Below, piece after piece: positions 19,545-28,335 of a DNA stretch of 34,996 bases. The DNA lies in IMG/VR virus record IMGVR_UViG_3300017785_001872, positions 1-34,996 of that record; one strand, 5' to 3'. Within the stretch, counting starts at the first letter, position 1; each line of letters opens with the position of its first letter. The position numbers were made by a program, and so were the translations under genes. This DNA comes from a virus. Taxonomy: Duplodnaviria > Caudoviricetes. The notes beneath the pieces were generated by a model, which had not been told where the DNA came from, did not search any database, and saw only the letters and a list, made by a program, of their open reading frames with translations.

Positions 19545-20212
19545 CTTCTCTCCCTATAATTGTGACACGTTTTAACTGGACACCACCCACATAGCGGTCC
19601 TGACACTGCATTCCATACACCTGTTTCAATAGCCTTATCTATGCGCTCCAAGTCAAACTTAAACTGATCTAGATAAGCAGTTTTGTGTAGGTAGTTATGT
19701 TCTTTTTTAATAAAGTCTTTGCTAATGACAAACGCTAATGCTGACTTAATAACTTTAATCTGTGGGAAATGGTGCAGGATAGCCGCTGCCACTAAATCTA
19801 ACTGCTTAGTATCGGCATACTTTGCATTCTTGCTAGTCTTATAGTCGACTGAAAAGGCAGAGTCCCCATTAATAATTACTAGGTCAGCAATACCTCGCCA
19901 CCATACATTCTTTGCATCAAAGGCACATGGTTGGTATCTACCATTTACTAGGGAAATCCCTAACTCCACCTCACAATGCTTCTCCCCCGGAATGGCCTTA
20001 AGCGCATCCAGTAACTCTGTTAGGAATAAGAAGTGTGGATGTAAGGGTATGTCTTCCTTAATATAATCCTCAGCGGCTTTGTGCATCTCCTTACCGTAAA
20101 TGGTCGCAGTAGTATCTTCTTGCTTAATATCCTTAGCAATTTTTAAATGGTAGTATTTTTTAGGGCATTGCTGAAACGTCTTCATACTACTGTATGACCA
20201 AGTTACACTCAT
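19541..20212 (-). CDS. PD-(D/E)xK RecB/Cas4-like exonuclease
   Basis: WSYS...CPKKY, GKEMH, GIADL, VDYKT, QLDL, LCGWCPVKTC; GGAG RBS before ATG at 20212. Confidence 0.85.
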   Translation of the reverse strand: MSVTWSYSSMKTFQQCPKKYYHLKIAKDIKQEDTTATIYGKEMHKAAEDYIKEDIPLHPHFLFLTELLDALKAIPGEKHCEVELGISLVNGRYQPCAFDAKNVWWRGIADLVIINGDSAFSVDYKTSKNAKYADTKQLDLVAAAILHHFPQIKVIKSALAFVISKDFIKKEHNYLHKTAYLDQFKFDLERIDKAIETGVWNAVSGPLCGWCPVKTCHNYRERR

Positions 20213-20213
20213 G

Positions 20214-20468
20214 TTAACATCTCCCATCAACGTCAAAATCACGCCAAGCTTTTTTTGGTTGTAGCAAATCGTTTAGCATTTTAACTTGGTATTCCAAGTC
20301 TTTAATCTTGTATTGCATATCAAGAATTCGACTATCCTTATCTATACACTCAGCCTGTAGTTGCCGTAGCTGTGGTGAACAAGTATAAAGTGGAATATGG
20401 TAAATCTCGTCTTTAACCGCACTAAAAAGTAATTCGTTCGATGCCATCCACGCTACTGGCTTAGTCAT
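20214..20468 (-). CDS. Small phage protein of the KPVAW...PLY family
   Basis: MTKPVAW...IPLY plus coiled coil; GAGGGAG RBS before 20468. Confidence 0.65.
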   Translation of the reverse strand: MTKPVAWMASNELLFSAVKDEIYHIPLYTCSPQLRQLQAECIDKDSRILDMQYKIKDLEYQVKMLNDLLQPKKAWRDFDVDGRC

Positions 20469-20677
20469 TTCTCCCTCGCCTTCTTTAATATGGCTCGGAT
20501 ACATTCAATGTGTAGCCAGTCACAGTTCTTCACATCAAAGTGTTCTCCGTAAACTTCTTTAATTTCCTTATCGGTTAACTCACGTATTGCGTACAACGGT
20601 GTTAGTTTAAGTATTGAATCAGGTGGTGACTCTTTAAACAATATACCGCCATCTGATATGTATGCACTTGGCTTCAT
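20465..20677 (-). CDS. Small phage protein of the KPxAx...PLY...LTDxEI family
   Basis: ATGA-coupled; MKPSAY...TPLY...ELTDKEI...RAIL. Confidence 0.65.
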   Translation of the reverse strand: MKPSAYISDGGILFKESPPDSILKLTPLYAIRELTDKEIKEVYGEHFDVKNCDWLHIECIRAILKKAREK

Positions 20678-20916
20678 TTATCCCTCGCTTCCATCATCGC
20701 ATCTGCCATCCCATAAGATATACGTGCAACATAACTCTCCACTTTCTCAGTTCCATCTATTGCATCTAAAAATTCTTCAACAGGTCTTGTTAATAAACCT
20801 TGCAAAGCTTTACTAGCAAAGTAATCTCTTAACTCCATGCCTCTATCTAAAGGATTATTATCCTCATGGTAAGGTTGATTTGCATCAATTGGGTATTTCT
20901 GTGGAAATGCTTTCAT
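20674..20916 (-). CDS. Small phage protein of the LRDYFA...ADAM family
   Basis: MKAFP...GMELRDYFASKALQG...YGMADAMMEAR. Confidence 0.75.
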   Translation of the reverse strand: MKAFPQKYPIDANQPYHEDNNPLDRGMELRDYFASKALQGLLTRPVEEFLDAIDGTEKVESYVARISYGMADAMMEARDK

Positions 20917-21113
20917 CTTTCACTCCTCATAGTTCGTTTAGCTTCTTCACATAACTTAGCGTAGTCTTTAGGCACATCGGGATGCCACCCGCCTAGCAGT
21001 AATTCGCAGTTCAGTTTATAAACTTCTTCTTTACGGCTTGCCTCTGACAAATAAATAATAAATCCACAGAATACAATCCACATGCATACAATCCACACTA
21101 TGCTTAATTTCAT
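20913..21113 (-). CDS. Small membrane-anchored hypothetical protein
   Basis: N-terminal hydrophobic helix; two C-terminal Cys; ATGA-coupled. Confidence 0.65.
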   Translation of the reverse strand: MKLSIVWIVCMWIVFCGFIIYLSEASRKEEVYKLNCELLLGGWHPDVPKDYAKLCEEAKRTMRSER

Positions 21114-21304
21114 TCTTTAGTCCTCCGTTTTTTAATTGCAGCGATACCTAGTTCTTCTTTTTCTGTTGGCATGTGGCGTGTTGCCATCATTTTATCTGCT
21201 ATAAACCAAGCATCTAATTCTTGACCAATACTAACCCCTTCTCGCATTACTATCCCCATTATGGCAAACATAGCAAAGCAATCTCTCAAATCATTCTCGT
21301 TCAT
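21110..21304 (-). CDS. Small phage protein, second LRDxFA...ADxM family member
   Basis: DLRDCFAMFAIMG...AWFIADKMMATR. Confidence 0.7.
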   Translation of the reverse strand: MNENDLRDCFAMFAIMGIVMREGVSIGQELDAWFIADKMMATRHMPTEKEELGIAAIKKRRTKE

Positions 21305-21786
21305 TATGGTATTAGCTCCTGTAAAAGTTTCTCAAATGTTAATGTATTTTTATCTTCTTCAAATTCCACACTCATTAAATATCTAGTGCGTGAAAAGTTT
21401 ACAACCATATGCTCAACCTGATTATTAAATGCGTAGTAGCTTTTTAGTTGGTACTTTAACTCTACAAAAGTATGAGTAGCCTCATCTTTGCCCAACGAAA
21501 ACAAACAATTACTTTCTACATTATTTAATAACATGTTAATGCATACGCCTCGTCTAGTATCCTTATGCCAGTCATACACCACGTTTGGGTCTAGCTTAAG
21601 AATACCAACCGCCAACTTGTGCTTATCCGCAATATTACTTAGCGTAGGGTCACTAAAGGCCAACTCGAACGGCACTTGGGTAGCATGGAAGTTATGGTAC
21701 TTAACCCAAGCGCTTTGACTCATAGCAAACGATAGCAAGTCAGAGGCTATAGTAGACTCGATGGGTAACTTATAGAACGGCAACAT
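21304..21786 (-). CDS. 2-oxoglutarate/Fe(II) oxygenase-like (cupin fold) protein
   Basis: HxD (WHKD), distal His (VEHMVVN) and RxxxS (RYLMS). Confidence 0.65.
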   Translation of the reverse strand: MLPFYKLPIESTIASDLLSFAMSQSAWVKYHNFHATQVPFELAFSDPTLSNIADKHKLAVGILKLDPNVVYDWHKDTRRGVCINMLLNNVESNCLFSLGKDEATHTFVELKYQLKSYYAFNNQVEHMVVNFSRTRYLMSVEFEEDKNTLTFEKLLQELIP

Positions 21787-22765
21787 TACGTTGTTCCTTG
21801 TAGTTACCTACTGCATAATCCTTAATAATCTTACCGTTCTTCTCATCTCCAACTAGCATCGGGTCAATCCAAACCTTCTTGCCTGAGTTCCTCATAGTTC
21901 GCCAATGCCCCCTTCTCCAATGCAACTTAGGAGATGCATGTGTACCTTGTGGGATAGACTTTAAAGTATCATGTTTATTACCGTCAATCGTAATCATGCG
22001 AAACTCAACTAAAGGTTTTTTACCTTTGTTCATACGTTTTCTATTAATAGCAACTTGGTCAGGAGTGGGTGTAGCCATGTATATATCTCCACCCGATACA
22101 GTTAACATATGAATAGCAATAATGGCTATATATGCCATACTAGAAATTGTATTTTCCTCCGCTAACTTATATTTATATTTAGCTTCATCAATAGGAACTG
22201 GCCTAGACAGTTTAATTTGTCCATCTACTAATTGTAGTACGTTATGTGCTACATAATAGTTAGTTCCTATTTCATTTGGCCTACTAAATAAAGCCTGTAC
22301 TGAAATATAATCGTCGTGTTGAAACAAAAAGAAGGACCAAATTAAATTAACCGTACCATCTTGGTCCATAGTTATCCCGTCAAGGTCTATTTTCTCTCCT
22401 GATATTATTGTAATTTTTGGAAAAGGAAGTCGCAAATCACCTAAAGCTTCTAGTTCATCAACAGCCTTATCATAAGCAGACCGGCCTATACTTAAGTGAC
22501 GTTCTACAATTACTTTTGGGTATTCAATAATACAATCAATTATTTCTTTTGCCGTACCTTTATGATCGCCAAAGTATGCATCAAAACATTTACCTTGCTG
22601 AGCTAATTTGACATAATCAGTAAACGCATTTAATACTTTATCTTTTATGCCAGCAGTTTCCATAGCACGCTTGACGCTAGGATAATTATCTCTAGTAGCG
22701 CCGACAGATGCTATTGGATATAACAAGTTTGTATCTTTGTCTTTTTGATAACTAGCAATCGCCAT
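21770..22765 (-). CDS. Hypothetical protein with C-terminal SPxxHxRRGHWR motif
   Basis: 331 aa; HASPKLHWRRGHWR...VWI; overlaps the polymerase stop. Confidence 0.7.
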   Translation of the reverse strand: MAIASYQKDKDTNLLYPIASVGATRDNYPSVKRAMETAGIKDKVLNAFTDYVKLAQQGKCFDAYFGDHKGTAKEIIDCIIEYPKVIVERHLSIGRSAYDKAVDELEALGDLRLPFPKITIISGEKIDLDGITMDQDGTVNLIWSFFLFQHDDYISVQALFSRPNEIGTNYYVAHNVLQLVDGQIKLSRPVPIDEAKYKYKLAEENTISSMAYIAIIAIHMLTVSGGDIYMATPTPDQVAINRKRMNKGKKPLVEFRMITIDGNKHDTLKSIPQGTHASPKLHWRRGHWRTMRNSGKKVWIDPMLVGDEKNGKIIKDYAVGNYKEQRNVAVL

Positions 22766-24575
22766 AACTTTCTCCCATCCCCGACTCGCAATTTAAAGGT
22801 AGCTCCATAGCCCACTTAGGGCGCATTCTCATACACATCTCTATATATTCTTTTCCAATCTCAGCTTCATGCTCAGGTACAACACAAGCAATCGCATCAT
22901 GCACGGTCATCACAACTCTATATTTTTTATTAACCATGAGCATCTGCTCCCCAATAATAATTCGGGCTAATGCTTGGCAGACATTCTCAATAACTTTCCC
23001 ACCGTATATCTTAGTAGGTACAATAGCTTTACCTTTTCTGGTATCGTAAATAAACTCATCCTTACCCTCTTCGTTACGCATCTTGCGTAGGTTTGGATAC
23101 TTCATATACAACCCGTTAGGTAGACGAATACCTTTCCTACCCTCGACAAACAACACACCTGTGCGCCCTAACTGCACAGTTCGGTTTGCAATTATTGCCC
23201 CAAGAGCCAATCCCGCTTGTCTCCAAAGCTGAGGTATCCAATCATAAGTTTCCCTATAGACTCGGATAATACGATCGGCCTCCCCCTCTTCAATTTCCAC
23301 ATTGAATGTTTTGAGCTGTGCTTGGAATTTCTTACTGCCCATGCCGTAGCCACATCCCAATATCGTCGTCTTACCAACGAACCGCTCATCCTTGCTAATT
23401 TCTTCTTGCGCCTTGTTATAAATAGACGATGCCATGATTTTGTATACATCTTCTCCCCTTTCAAATGCGTCAACCAAATCATTCTGTTCTGCCAGCCACG
23501 CTAGAGTCCTTGCTTCTATTTGACTAGAGTCAGAGTCCACAACCACCGATCCCGGAGAAGCCTTAATTGCATACTTAAGAGTCGAGCCTCTTGGTAGGTT
23601 CTGTAAGTTTACTTTATCGTCACCGCCCCAACGACCTGTATGTGCCGCATAGTAGCGTAGTGGTATGGGGAATAAGCCTCGCTGCGCTATTTCAATAAAC
23701 CGCTCAGTCCTTGTTTCTTCTAGGGTAGACTTAACACCAAGACGCGCTCCCGCTAAAAATTGCACCGCTGGATTTTCATGTTCAAGCAAAGCTTTAAACC
23801 CTTCATCGGTCTTAGCAAATGCCCATGTTTCCTTGCCTGTAGCTGGACTTATCTTGGTTGGTGGTACAACATCTAGTACTTGCAATATCTGAGCAAACTT
23901 GTCATTACTCATTAGGTCATCTTTACTACTAGCCACCATTGATAGCAGTCTGTCTTTCTCTGCCGTTATTTCACCTAAGTGGTCATATAGTATATTGCCA
24001 TCGAGCCATAGCTTAGGTTCAGTAAACATACGGATAGTCAGGTCTATTAACCGCAACTCAGTAGCGGGAAAGTCGGCACTTAGTATCTCAAACAAGGACA
24101 TCGTAAGAGCCACATCGTTCTTACAATATTCACCATACTGTGCTAGGTCTTGAGGGGTAAAGTCTATACGATACTTACCCTTGGCATCTGCTACCTCTGT
24201 ACCTTTCACTCCAAGGTTATAGTGTTCAGCAAGCTTAGCTAGACTACCGCCAACTTCTGTACCATGTATCGCCCTAGCCATGGACAAGGTATCTGCAATA
24301 CCCTTAGGTCTAATATCGTATTCCCAATTAAGAATAGCCATATCAAAGATAGCGTTATGGGCTACCACAATATGCTTGTCGAGTTCGAAACCATCAAGGA
24401 ATGCTTTTGTATCTGCTTTAGTACCACTAAACCAAACGGGGCCCGCCCCTTCTTCGCACACAGCCACACCGATAGTCTCAAACTGCTCGCTACGGATATA
24501 CTCTTCCGTAGTCTGTTTGGTTAAGGAGAAGGTTTGGGAATAGTAAGTTTCGAAATCTATGCAAAAAAGTTTCAA
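22752..24575 (-). CDS. polA: Phage family A DNA polymerase with 3'-5' exonuclease
   Basis: Exo motifs IDFET, HNAIFD and YCKND; HTGRW; motif A DSSQIEAR; motif B KTTILGCGYG; motif C VHD; TTG start. Confidence 0.93.
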   Translation of the reverse strand: MKLFCIDFETYYSQTFSLTKQTTEEYIRSEQFETIGVAVCEEGAGPVWFSGTKADTKAFLDGFELDKHIVVAHNAIFDMAILNWEYDIRPKGIADTLSMARAIHGTEVGGSLAKLAEHYNLGVKGTEVADAKGKYRIDFTPQDLAQYGEYCKNDVALTMSLFEILSADFPATELRLIDLTIRMFTEPKLWLDGNILYDHLGEITAEKDRLLSMVASSKDDLMSNDKFAQILQVLDVVPPTKISPATGKETWAFAKTDEGFKALLEHENPAVQFLAGARLGVKSTLEETRTERFIEIAQRGLFPIPLRYYAAHTGRWGGDDKVNLQNLPRGSTLKYAIKASPGSVVVDSDSSQIEARTLAWLAEQNDLVDAFERGEDVYKIMASSIYNKAQEEISKDERFVGKTTILGCGYGMGSKKFQAQLKTFNVEIEEGEADRIIRVYRETYDWIPQLWRQAGLALGAIIANRTVQLGRTGVLFVEGRKGIRLPNGLYMKYPNLRKMRNEEGKDEFIYDTRKGKAIVPTKIYGGKVIENVCQALARIIIGEQMLMVNKKYRVVMTVHDAIACVVPEHEAEIGKEYIEMCMRMRPKWAMELPLNCESGMGESYGDC

Positions 24576-24976
24576 GGTTTCTCCTTGGGGCTACCGCAGT
24601 CAGCTTGCCGAGAAACAGATGATAGTTCTTTACGAGGAGTCATAGGGAGAACAGTAGTAGCACCATAGGTCTGCCAATATGGGTCGTTCATATCTTTGCC
24701 AAGGGTAAGAGTGTCAACACTATCCTGTAGTAGCGTATTCATAATTTGTTTGGTAAACAAGTCCCCTCGAATACTTTGCATCTTAGCCCATAGCTTATTA
24801 ATTTCCTCAGTAGTAAGAAACATTAAACCACCTTGGGCATTTTTATCTTGCACCCTAGCTTGTACGGCATCAAGAGTCTCTCGCCACTTCTTAGGGTATC
24901 TACCCATAACGTCAGGCACAAACTCCTCGGGATTACTGTCCATCCGGCTAAGTAATATCTCTACACCTTTGTTCAT
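24572..24976 (-). CDS. Hypothetical protein
   Basis: 134 aa; AGGAG RBS; overlaps both neighbours. Confidence 0.7.
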   Translation of the reverse strand: MNKGVEILLSRMDSNPEEFVPDVMGRYPKKWRETLDAVQARVQDKNAQGGLMFLTTEEINKLWAKMQSIRGDLFTKQIMNTLLQDSVDTLTLGKDMNDPYWQTYGATTVLPMTPRKELSSVSRQADCGSPKEKP

Positions 24977-25277
24977 TTGTTTCTCCTATTAGCTCTTCAA
25001 AAAACTCACCTAACAATGTTAGGTTATCCTCATTAATTACAAATGCAATACCACCGTTATCACCGATAGCTTTTAGTTCTCTCTCTTGTAGTGGAGTTGG
25101 TTTATTGCTACCGGCCTTGCACTCTATGGCTATGAACTTACCCTTAGCACAACAGATAATGTCGGGAACACCCGACCTACCAAACCCATGCGTTGCAGGG
25201 AAAAAGTAGTATACACCGTAAGACTTTAAAATCTTAACGGCTTTATCTTTTACTTTCTTTTCGGGAGTAGATGCCAT
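24948..25277 (-). CDS. VRR-NUC / Holliday-junction-resolvase-like nuclease
   Basis: TPEKKV...GVPDII...AIECKA...TPLQ. Confidence 0.85.
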   Translation of the reverse strand: MASTPEKKVKDKAVKILKSYGVYYFFPATHGFGRSGVPDIICCAKGKFIAIECKAGSNKPTPLQERELKAIGDNGGIAFVINEDNLTLLGEFFEELIGETNEQRCRDIT

Positions 25278-25283
25278 GCTTAC

Positions 25284-25311
25284 ATAATAACATGTAGTTG
25301 GACTTTGTCAA
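25284..25311 (-). promoter_or_regulatory. Sigma70-type promoter, probably giving a leaderless mRNA
   Basis: TTGACA-16 nt-TATTAT with extended -10 TG; predicted +1 coincides with the ATG at 25277. Confidence 0.6.
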
Positions 25312-25324
25312 GGAGAATTTTTGG

Positions 25325-25476
25325 TAGGGGAGTTGGGAGGAGATGTAGATTCTCTGCCTCCCTCAGAGTTATGGATTCGACTAGCCACAAGATTTCCTTA
25401 GGGGATAGCTAATCGAACAACAAAAGCACTTACATCTACAAGGCTAATGGCTTTTGTTGTGTATGAATTCCCCCTA
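25325..25476 (-). ncRNA. Candidate structured RNA (closing stem, three hairpins, loop-loop complementarity)
   Basis: Stems at 25325-30/25471-76, 25335-40/25357-62, 25376-85/25408-17 and 25418-27/25450-59; loops tgtagat (25344-50) and atctaca (25434-40) are complementary; strand inferred from neighbouring genes. Confidence 0.5.
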
Positions 25477-25482
25477 ACATTG

Positions 25483-26073
25483 TTAGGTCGTGGACAACGA
25501 CCATGAGGTCGTAGAACCATGGTATTTATTATGGAACTCGATAGCCCTATTTAGATACCATTGGGCTTTCTGTAAGTCTTCCATAACCTTACCATCTTTT
25601 AGTCCGGCACGACTGATATATTTAATAACATTACCTAGGTGATACCCTAACTCTTTAGACTCTATATAGTCTATTACTTCTATACCACCGGCCTTGTAAT
25701 GTGGAGGGTGATTAACCATATCTGCCTTAGGAGGTGCTTCCTCAAACCTAGGCATCCTTGGGTCTTGGTCTTGTTTAGCTTTAAGGTCAGCTACTAAATC
25801 TTTTAGCATTTCTGCCGTTACTTTTTTCTTAGCTACTCTACCTACGGATATGTTATGTACCCTCTCTACTAACTTACTTGCCTCTACCCCTGTCAAAGCA
25901 GTCATAGGTAGCTTTGCCATCTTAGTTACAAGATTGTGTTTCTTGTTATGCCTAACTTGATACACCATAGCAGGTGCAATACCTAACGCATCAGCTATTT
26001 CTTTAGGTGTAGCTTTTGGTTGCTTCTGCATATATGAGATAATCTTTGATGTTTTACTTAGTTTCTTCTGCAT
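25483..26073 (-). CDS. HTH + DUF3310 (SaV / T7 gp1.7-like) fusion protein
   Basis: N-terminal TPKEIADALGIAPAMVYQVR; C-terminal DMVNHPPHY...IEVID...GNVIKY..RAG.K...EDLQKAQWYL; AAGGAG RBS before 26073. Confidence 0.8.
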   Translation of the reverse strand: MQKKLSKTSKIISYMQKQPKATPKEIADALGIAPAMVYQVRHNKKHNLVTKMAKLPMTALTGVEASKLVERVHNISVGRVAKKKVTAEMLKDLVADLKAKQDQDPRMPRFEEAPPKADMVNHPPHYKAGGIEVIDYIESKELGYHLGNVIKYISRAGLKDGKVMEDLQKAQWYLNRAIEFHNKYHGSTTSWSLSTT

Positions 26074-26239
26074 GTGTTTCTCCTTGGCTCTTAACATGTT
26101 TGTTTAATACGGCTCTAATTGCATTACTTTTATTAGGCATCGCTGCGAAATAATCTGCCACTTCTCTGCTAACTCTAAGGGATATATAAACCATTGCCGG
26201 TATCTTACCTACCCCCCTACCTTTCTTTACTTCATTCAT
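26054..26239 (-). CDS. Ribbon-helix-helix (BrnA-like) DNA-binding protein
   Basis: GRG...ISLRVSREVADYF...IRAVL; GAGGAG RBS before 26239. Confidence 0.6.
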   Translation of the reverse strand: MNEVKKGRGVGKIPAMVYISLRVSREVADYFAAMPNKSNAIRAVLNKHVKSQGETHAEETK

Positions 26240-26417
26240 ATACTCCTCTCTCGGTTGGTGTGTTTGCATCTCTGTTTAACTTAAATAGATAATCTTCTCT
26301 ATGCTCACTAGGTGGAACGAACCCATGTTTCTTCCATGTCTTCAATACATCTGCTCCACCTGTCCACTTGAATGTGGACTTAAGGTCTGCTAGTAGCGTT
26401 GCTTTTTCTGTTCTCAT
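26232..26417 (-). CDS. Hypothetical protein
   Basis: 61 aa; GGAG RBS; ATGA-coupled. Confidence 0.65.
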   Translation of the reverse strand: MRTEKATLLADLKSTFKWTGGADVLKTWKKHGFVPPSEHREDYLFKLNRDANTPTERGVYE

Positions 26418-27274
26418 ATTTCTCCCTCTTGGCTAACATTGTTAGGTGCTACCAAGAAAATAGATTCGTTTACTCTAATACCGGCATTGGGTATAAGAGT
26501 CCCATCTTCTACTAACTTAAGTAACCCCACGGCTCTACGTACAAAGTCAGGCAATTCTTCGCTCGACTTTATTTCTAAGGGTGTATCCCCTTTCTTTACG
26601 GAGTAGTGTACACCATTTATAAACACAATATAGGTTTCTCTGTTATTAAATTGTTCTTTTAGTTTATTTGCAACACTCATTGCTTCTAAATTAATAGGTA
26701 AGTCGTCAACATAGTGAGCATTAGCCGGTTTAGCATCACCTCCTTCTACTACACTAAGGATAAACGCTTCATAGTTAGCTCCCACAAAACGCATCAAAGG
26801 TTTTTCTAACTTATTCCATGCATGTGATAAATCAAACTCTCGTTCACGCACTACACTTGATAAAGATTCTTTAGTCTTTTGTTCTGCCTCTGCCAACTGC
26901 TCGGTCATAGTTTTCTTACCAAAGTATTTAGCAACATACTTAAGTGCCTTATCAAGATGTATAGTCTTCATACCTCGACCACGCTCTCGTATATCGTTAA
27001 TACGTTGGTTCACTATGCAATACTTAAACCCATCCCTGTGCCAATCCTTATCAAGTTCACCTAGCACTTCTCTCTTATCCATAACTTTGAATCTATAGGC
27101 TTCGTAGTTCTTAGTCGAATGATTAGCCGTCATGTTAGCTTCTACAAAAGTCCATAGTGGATACTTTAGTGCCAGCTTCTCAACTAACTCTTTCATAACG
27201 GGGTCGATAATAGAAAGCTTCTTACCTTCGTTAAACTTGTCATGCTCTTTCAATTCTATATTTGCGTATGTCAT
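26414..27274 (-). CDS. Hypothetical protein
   Basis: Long ORF in the operon; GGAG RBS before ATG at 27274. Confidence 0.75.
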   Translation of the reverse strand: MTYANIELKEHDKFNEGKKLSIIDPVMKELVEKLALKYPLWTFVEANMTANHSTKNYEAYRFKVMDKREVLGELDKDWHRDGFKYCIVNQRINDIRERGRGMKTIHLDKALKYVAKYFGKKTMTEQLAEAEQKTKESLSSVVREREFDLSHAWNKLEKPLMRFVGANYEAFILSVVEGGDAKPANAHYVDDLPINLEAMSVANKLKEQFNNRETYIVFINGVHYSVKKGDTPLEIKSSEELPDFVRRAVGLLKLVEDGTLIPNAGIRVNESIFLVAPNNVSQEGEI

Positions 27275-27291
27275 ATATACTCTCCGTAAAA

Positions 27292-28158
27292 TTACCAATC
27301 AAACTTCTTAAGAATGTCATCAACCTTTGCCTTTACGCTACTACGCACATCAACACTTTCCTTGATAGCATCAATGTCAACACCTAACATTGTTAGTTCA
27401 AGGGAACGTCTTGCCTCCTCTAGCTTAGGGTCTTTGGTTATGTTCAGATGCGTGAGTAACCCACACAAATCCTGTGCGTTCGTGATAAGCGTATCGTGAT
27501 AACGCTTCTTGGTTTTCTCATCAACATCATCGCCATCTTCCTCCGTTAGTTTTTCTGAAATATGAGTAAGGGATTTATGCAACTTCTCCCATGGCTCACG
27601 CATCGCATCTTTAAGTCTGTCTTTGAATGCCGACTCATACTGCTCGCCCAACTCATCCATGTCAGCCTTAGGAATATCCAAACGGAAATCCCCACCCTCA
27701 GGCAATGGACTGAATACCAATCGGAATCCGAACTTGCTACGCAACTCCTCTATACTTGGATAGTCATAAGGGTTGAACAAGTCACCCATATGATGCTTAG
27801 CTAGGTCTATGAGGTCTGCATAGTTTGCATAGAAATCATCAATCATGGTAGTCATGTTGCTCTGATACGCATTCATGTTCTGCTTATAGTCTAAGAACAA
27901 GCTAGTGGGTAGTAGCCTAGCACCTTTGTCCGACCACGATAGCGTAGTCTGATTATGGTATAGCCTAGCCTTAGCAGCGTAGTCAGATATATTTTTACGC
28001 TTGTTAGTTCCAGCCATTAGATTCTTACGCACCTGTGCCGACCCACTACTTGCACTATTACTCGCAAGCACACTATCGGTCGCACCCTTGTCCAACTTGT
28101 TAGCAGTCCAAACACTAATGTTCAACTCTACTAATACTGCACTAGATGAAATACTCAT
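27292..28158 (-). CDS. DUF3150-like protein
   Basis: AVLVELNISVW...TL.W...GARLLP...DYPS.EELRSKF; clustered with the AAA and VWA genes; GAGGAGG RBS. Confidence 0.55.
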   Translation of the reverse strand: MSISSSAVLVELNISVWTANKLDKGATDSVLASNSASSGSAQVRKNLMAGTNKRKNISDYAAKARLYHNQTTLSWSDKGARLLPTSLFLDYKQNMNAYQSNMTTMIDDFYANYADLIDLAKHHMGDLFNPYDYPSIEELRSKFGFRLVFSPLPEGGDFRLDIPKADMDELGEQYESAFKDRLKDAMREPWEKLHKSLTHISEKLTEEDGDDVDEKTKKRYHDTLITNAQDLCGLLTHLNITKDPKLEEARRSLELTMLGVDIDAIKESVDVRSSVKAKVDDILKKFDW

Positions 28159-28331
28159 ACTTCCTCCTCGTTTAATTTTTTGGACAAAGCCCACATCTCA
28201 TTAATCAAATAATTAGCATCTCTTAACGCTTCGTTGAAATGCGTAGTCCTATGATGTTGAGGGCAGTCCTCATCAGCCTGTTCAGCCAACTGCAATAAGC
28301 ACATCCACAATCGTTTTTCTAACTCAGTCAT
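28155..28331 (-). CDS. Hypothetical protein (58 aa, not in ORF track)
   Basis: Hand translation MTELEKRLWMCLLQLAEQADEDCPQ...NEEEV; fills the gap, with ATGA overlap. Confidence 0.65.
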   Translation of the reverse strand: MTELEKRLWMCLLQLAEQADEDCPQHHRTTHFNEALRDANYLINEMWALSKKLNEEEV

Positions 28332-28335
28332 ATAA

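Noticed and set aside
19541-20212. Cas4-like nuclease as evidence of a CRISPR system
   Set aside because: Stand-alone PD-(D/E)xK nucleases are routine in phage replication modules; no array or other cas genes
25325-25476. tRNA or hammerhead ribozyme
   Set aside because: Too long for a tRNA cloverleaf, and no properly placed T-loop/CCA or CUGANGA/GAAA core was seen
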